The notes below the pieces were generated by a model that saw nothing but the letters and a program-made list of their open reading frames with translations, did no database searches and was not told where the DNA came from. The translations under genes were made by a program, and so were the position numbers. From Lama glama (Eukaryota), in contig CM052816.1 in the NCBI GenBank assembly GCA_028534125.1, positions 74,960,001-75,024,000 of the forward strand: a stretch of DNA of 64,000 nt. The letters are read 5' to 3'. Shown piece by piece: positions 63,721 through 64,000 of this stretch (its first letter is position 1; the number at the start of each line of letters is the position of its first letter).

Positions 63721-64000
63721 CTGAAGAACTGAGGGCCTCACTAGGAGTTAATTAGGAGTAGGGAAGAAGCAAACAAAACCCAGAAAGCACTGTGTATATG
63801 TGGGGAGGAACCAATTTTCCAAGAGATTCCTTAGTGATTTGGAGTCCTCTAGTAGACAAGTGTATTATTAATCTTCAGGGAATTGTCCCCGTGTCTCAAA
63901 GTGCATTCTTTTAAGAATACTTGTTATTTAGGCTTCAGTTTTCTTTTGGACCAAGTAAGAATAAACCATGCCGCTATTCTTTTTACACCCATGGTGGGTG

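Overview
Mammalian genomic DNA, most likely from a camelid (two tRNA-Ala-derived SINEs of the camelid Vic-1 type and artiodactyl-style L1 3' ends). It is the conserved FBXO4 - RIMOC1(C5orf51) - OXCT1 locus. FBXO4 is on the minus strand with coding exons 1-6 present (358 codons); the last exon lies left of the window. RIMOC1 is complete on the minus strand (6 coding exons, 293 aa, inferred ~4.7 kb 3'UTR). OXCT1 exons 1-3 are on the plus strand, divergent from RIMOC1. All exons were placed by GT-AG boundaries, and frame was checked across the junctions. A frameshifted HMGN1 processed pseudogene sits between RIMOC1 and OXCT1. The rest is ordinary repeat landscape (L1, L2, MIR, MLT/ERV LTRs, Tigger/MER). 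I see no prokaryotic-type system, CRISPR or RNA gene, and nothing I can call a proven new biological system. The most unusual object is a ~364 bp TSD-flanked L1 derivative in OXCT1 intron 1, made only of an L1 5' end fused to an L1 3' end. Its target-site duplication copied a DR1 (PPRE-like) motif inside a nuclear-receptor motif cluster. Repeat family names and orthologue comparisons come from memory, not from database searches.
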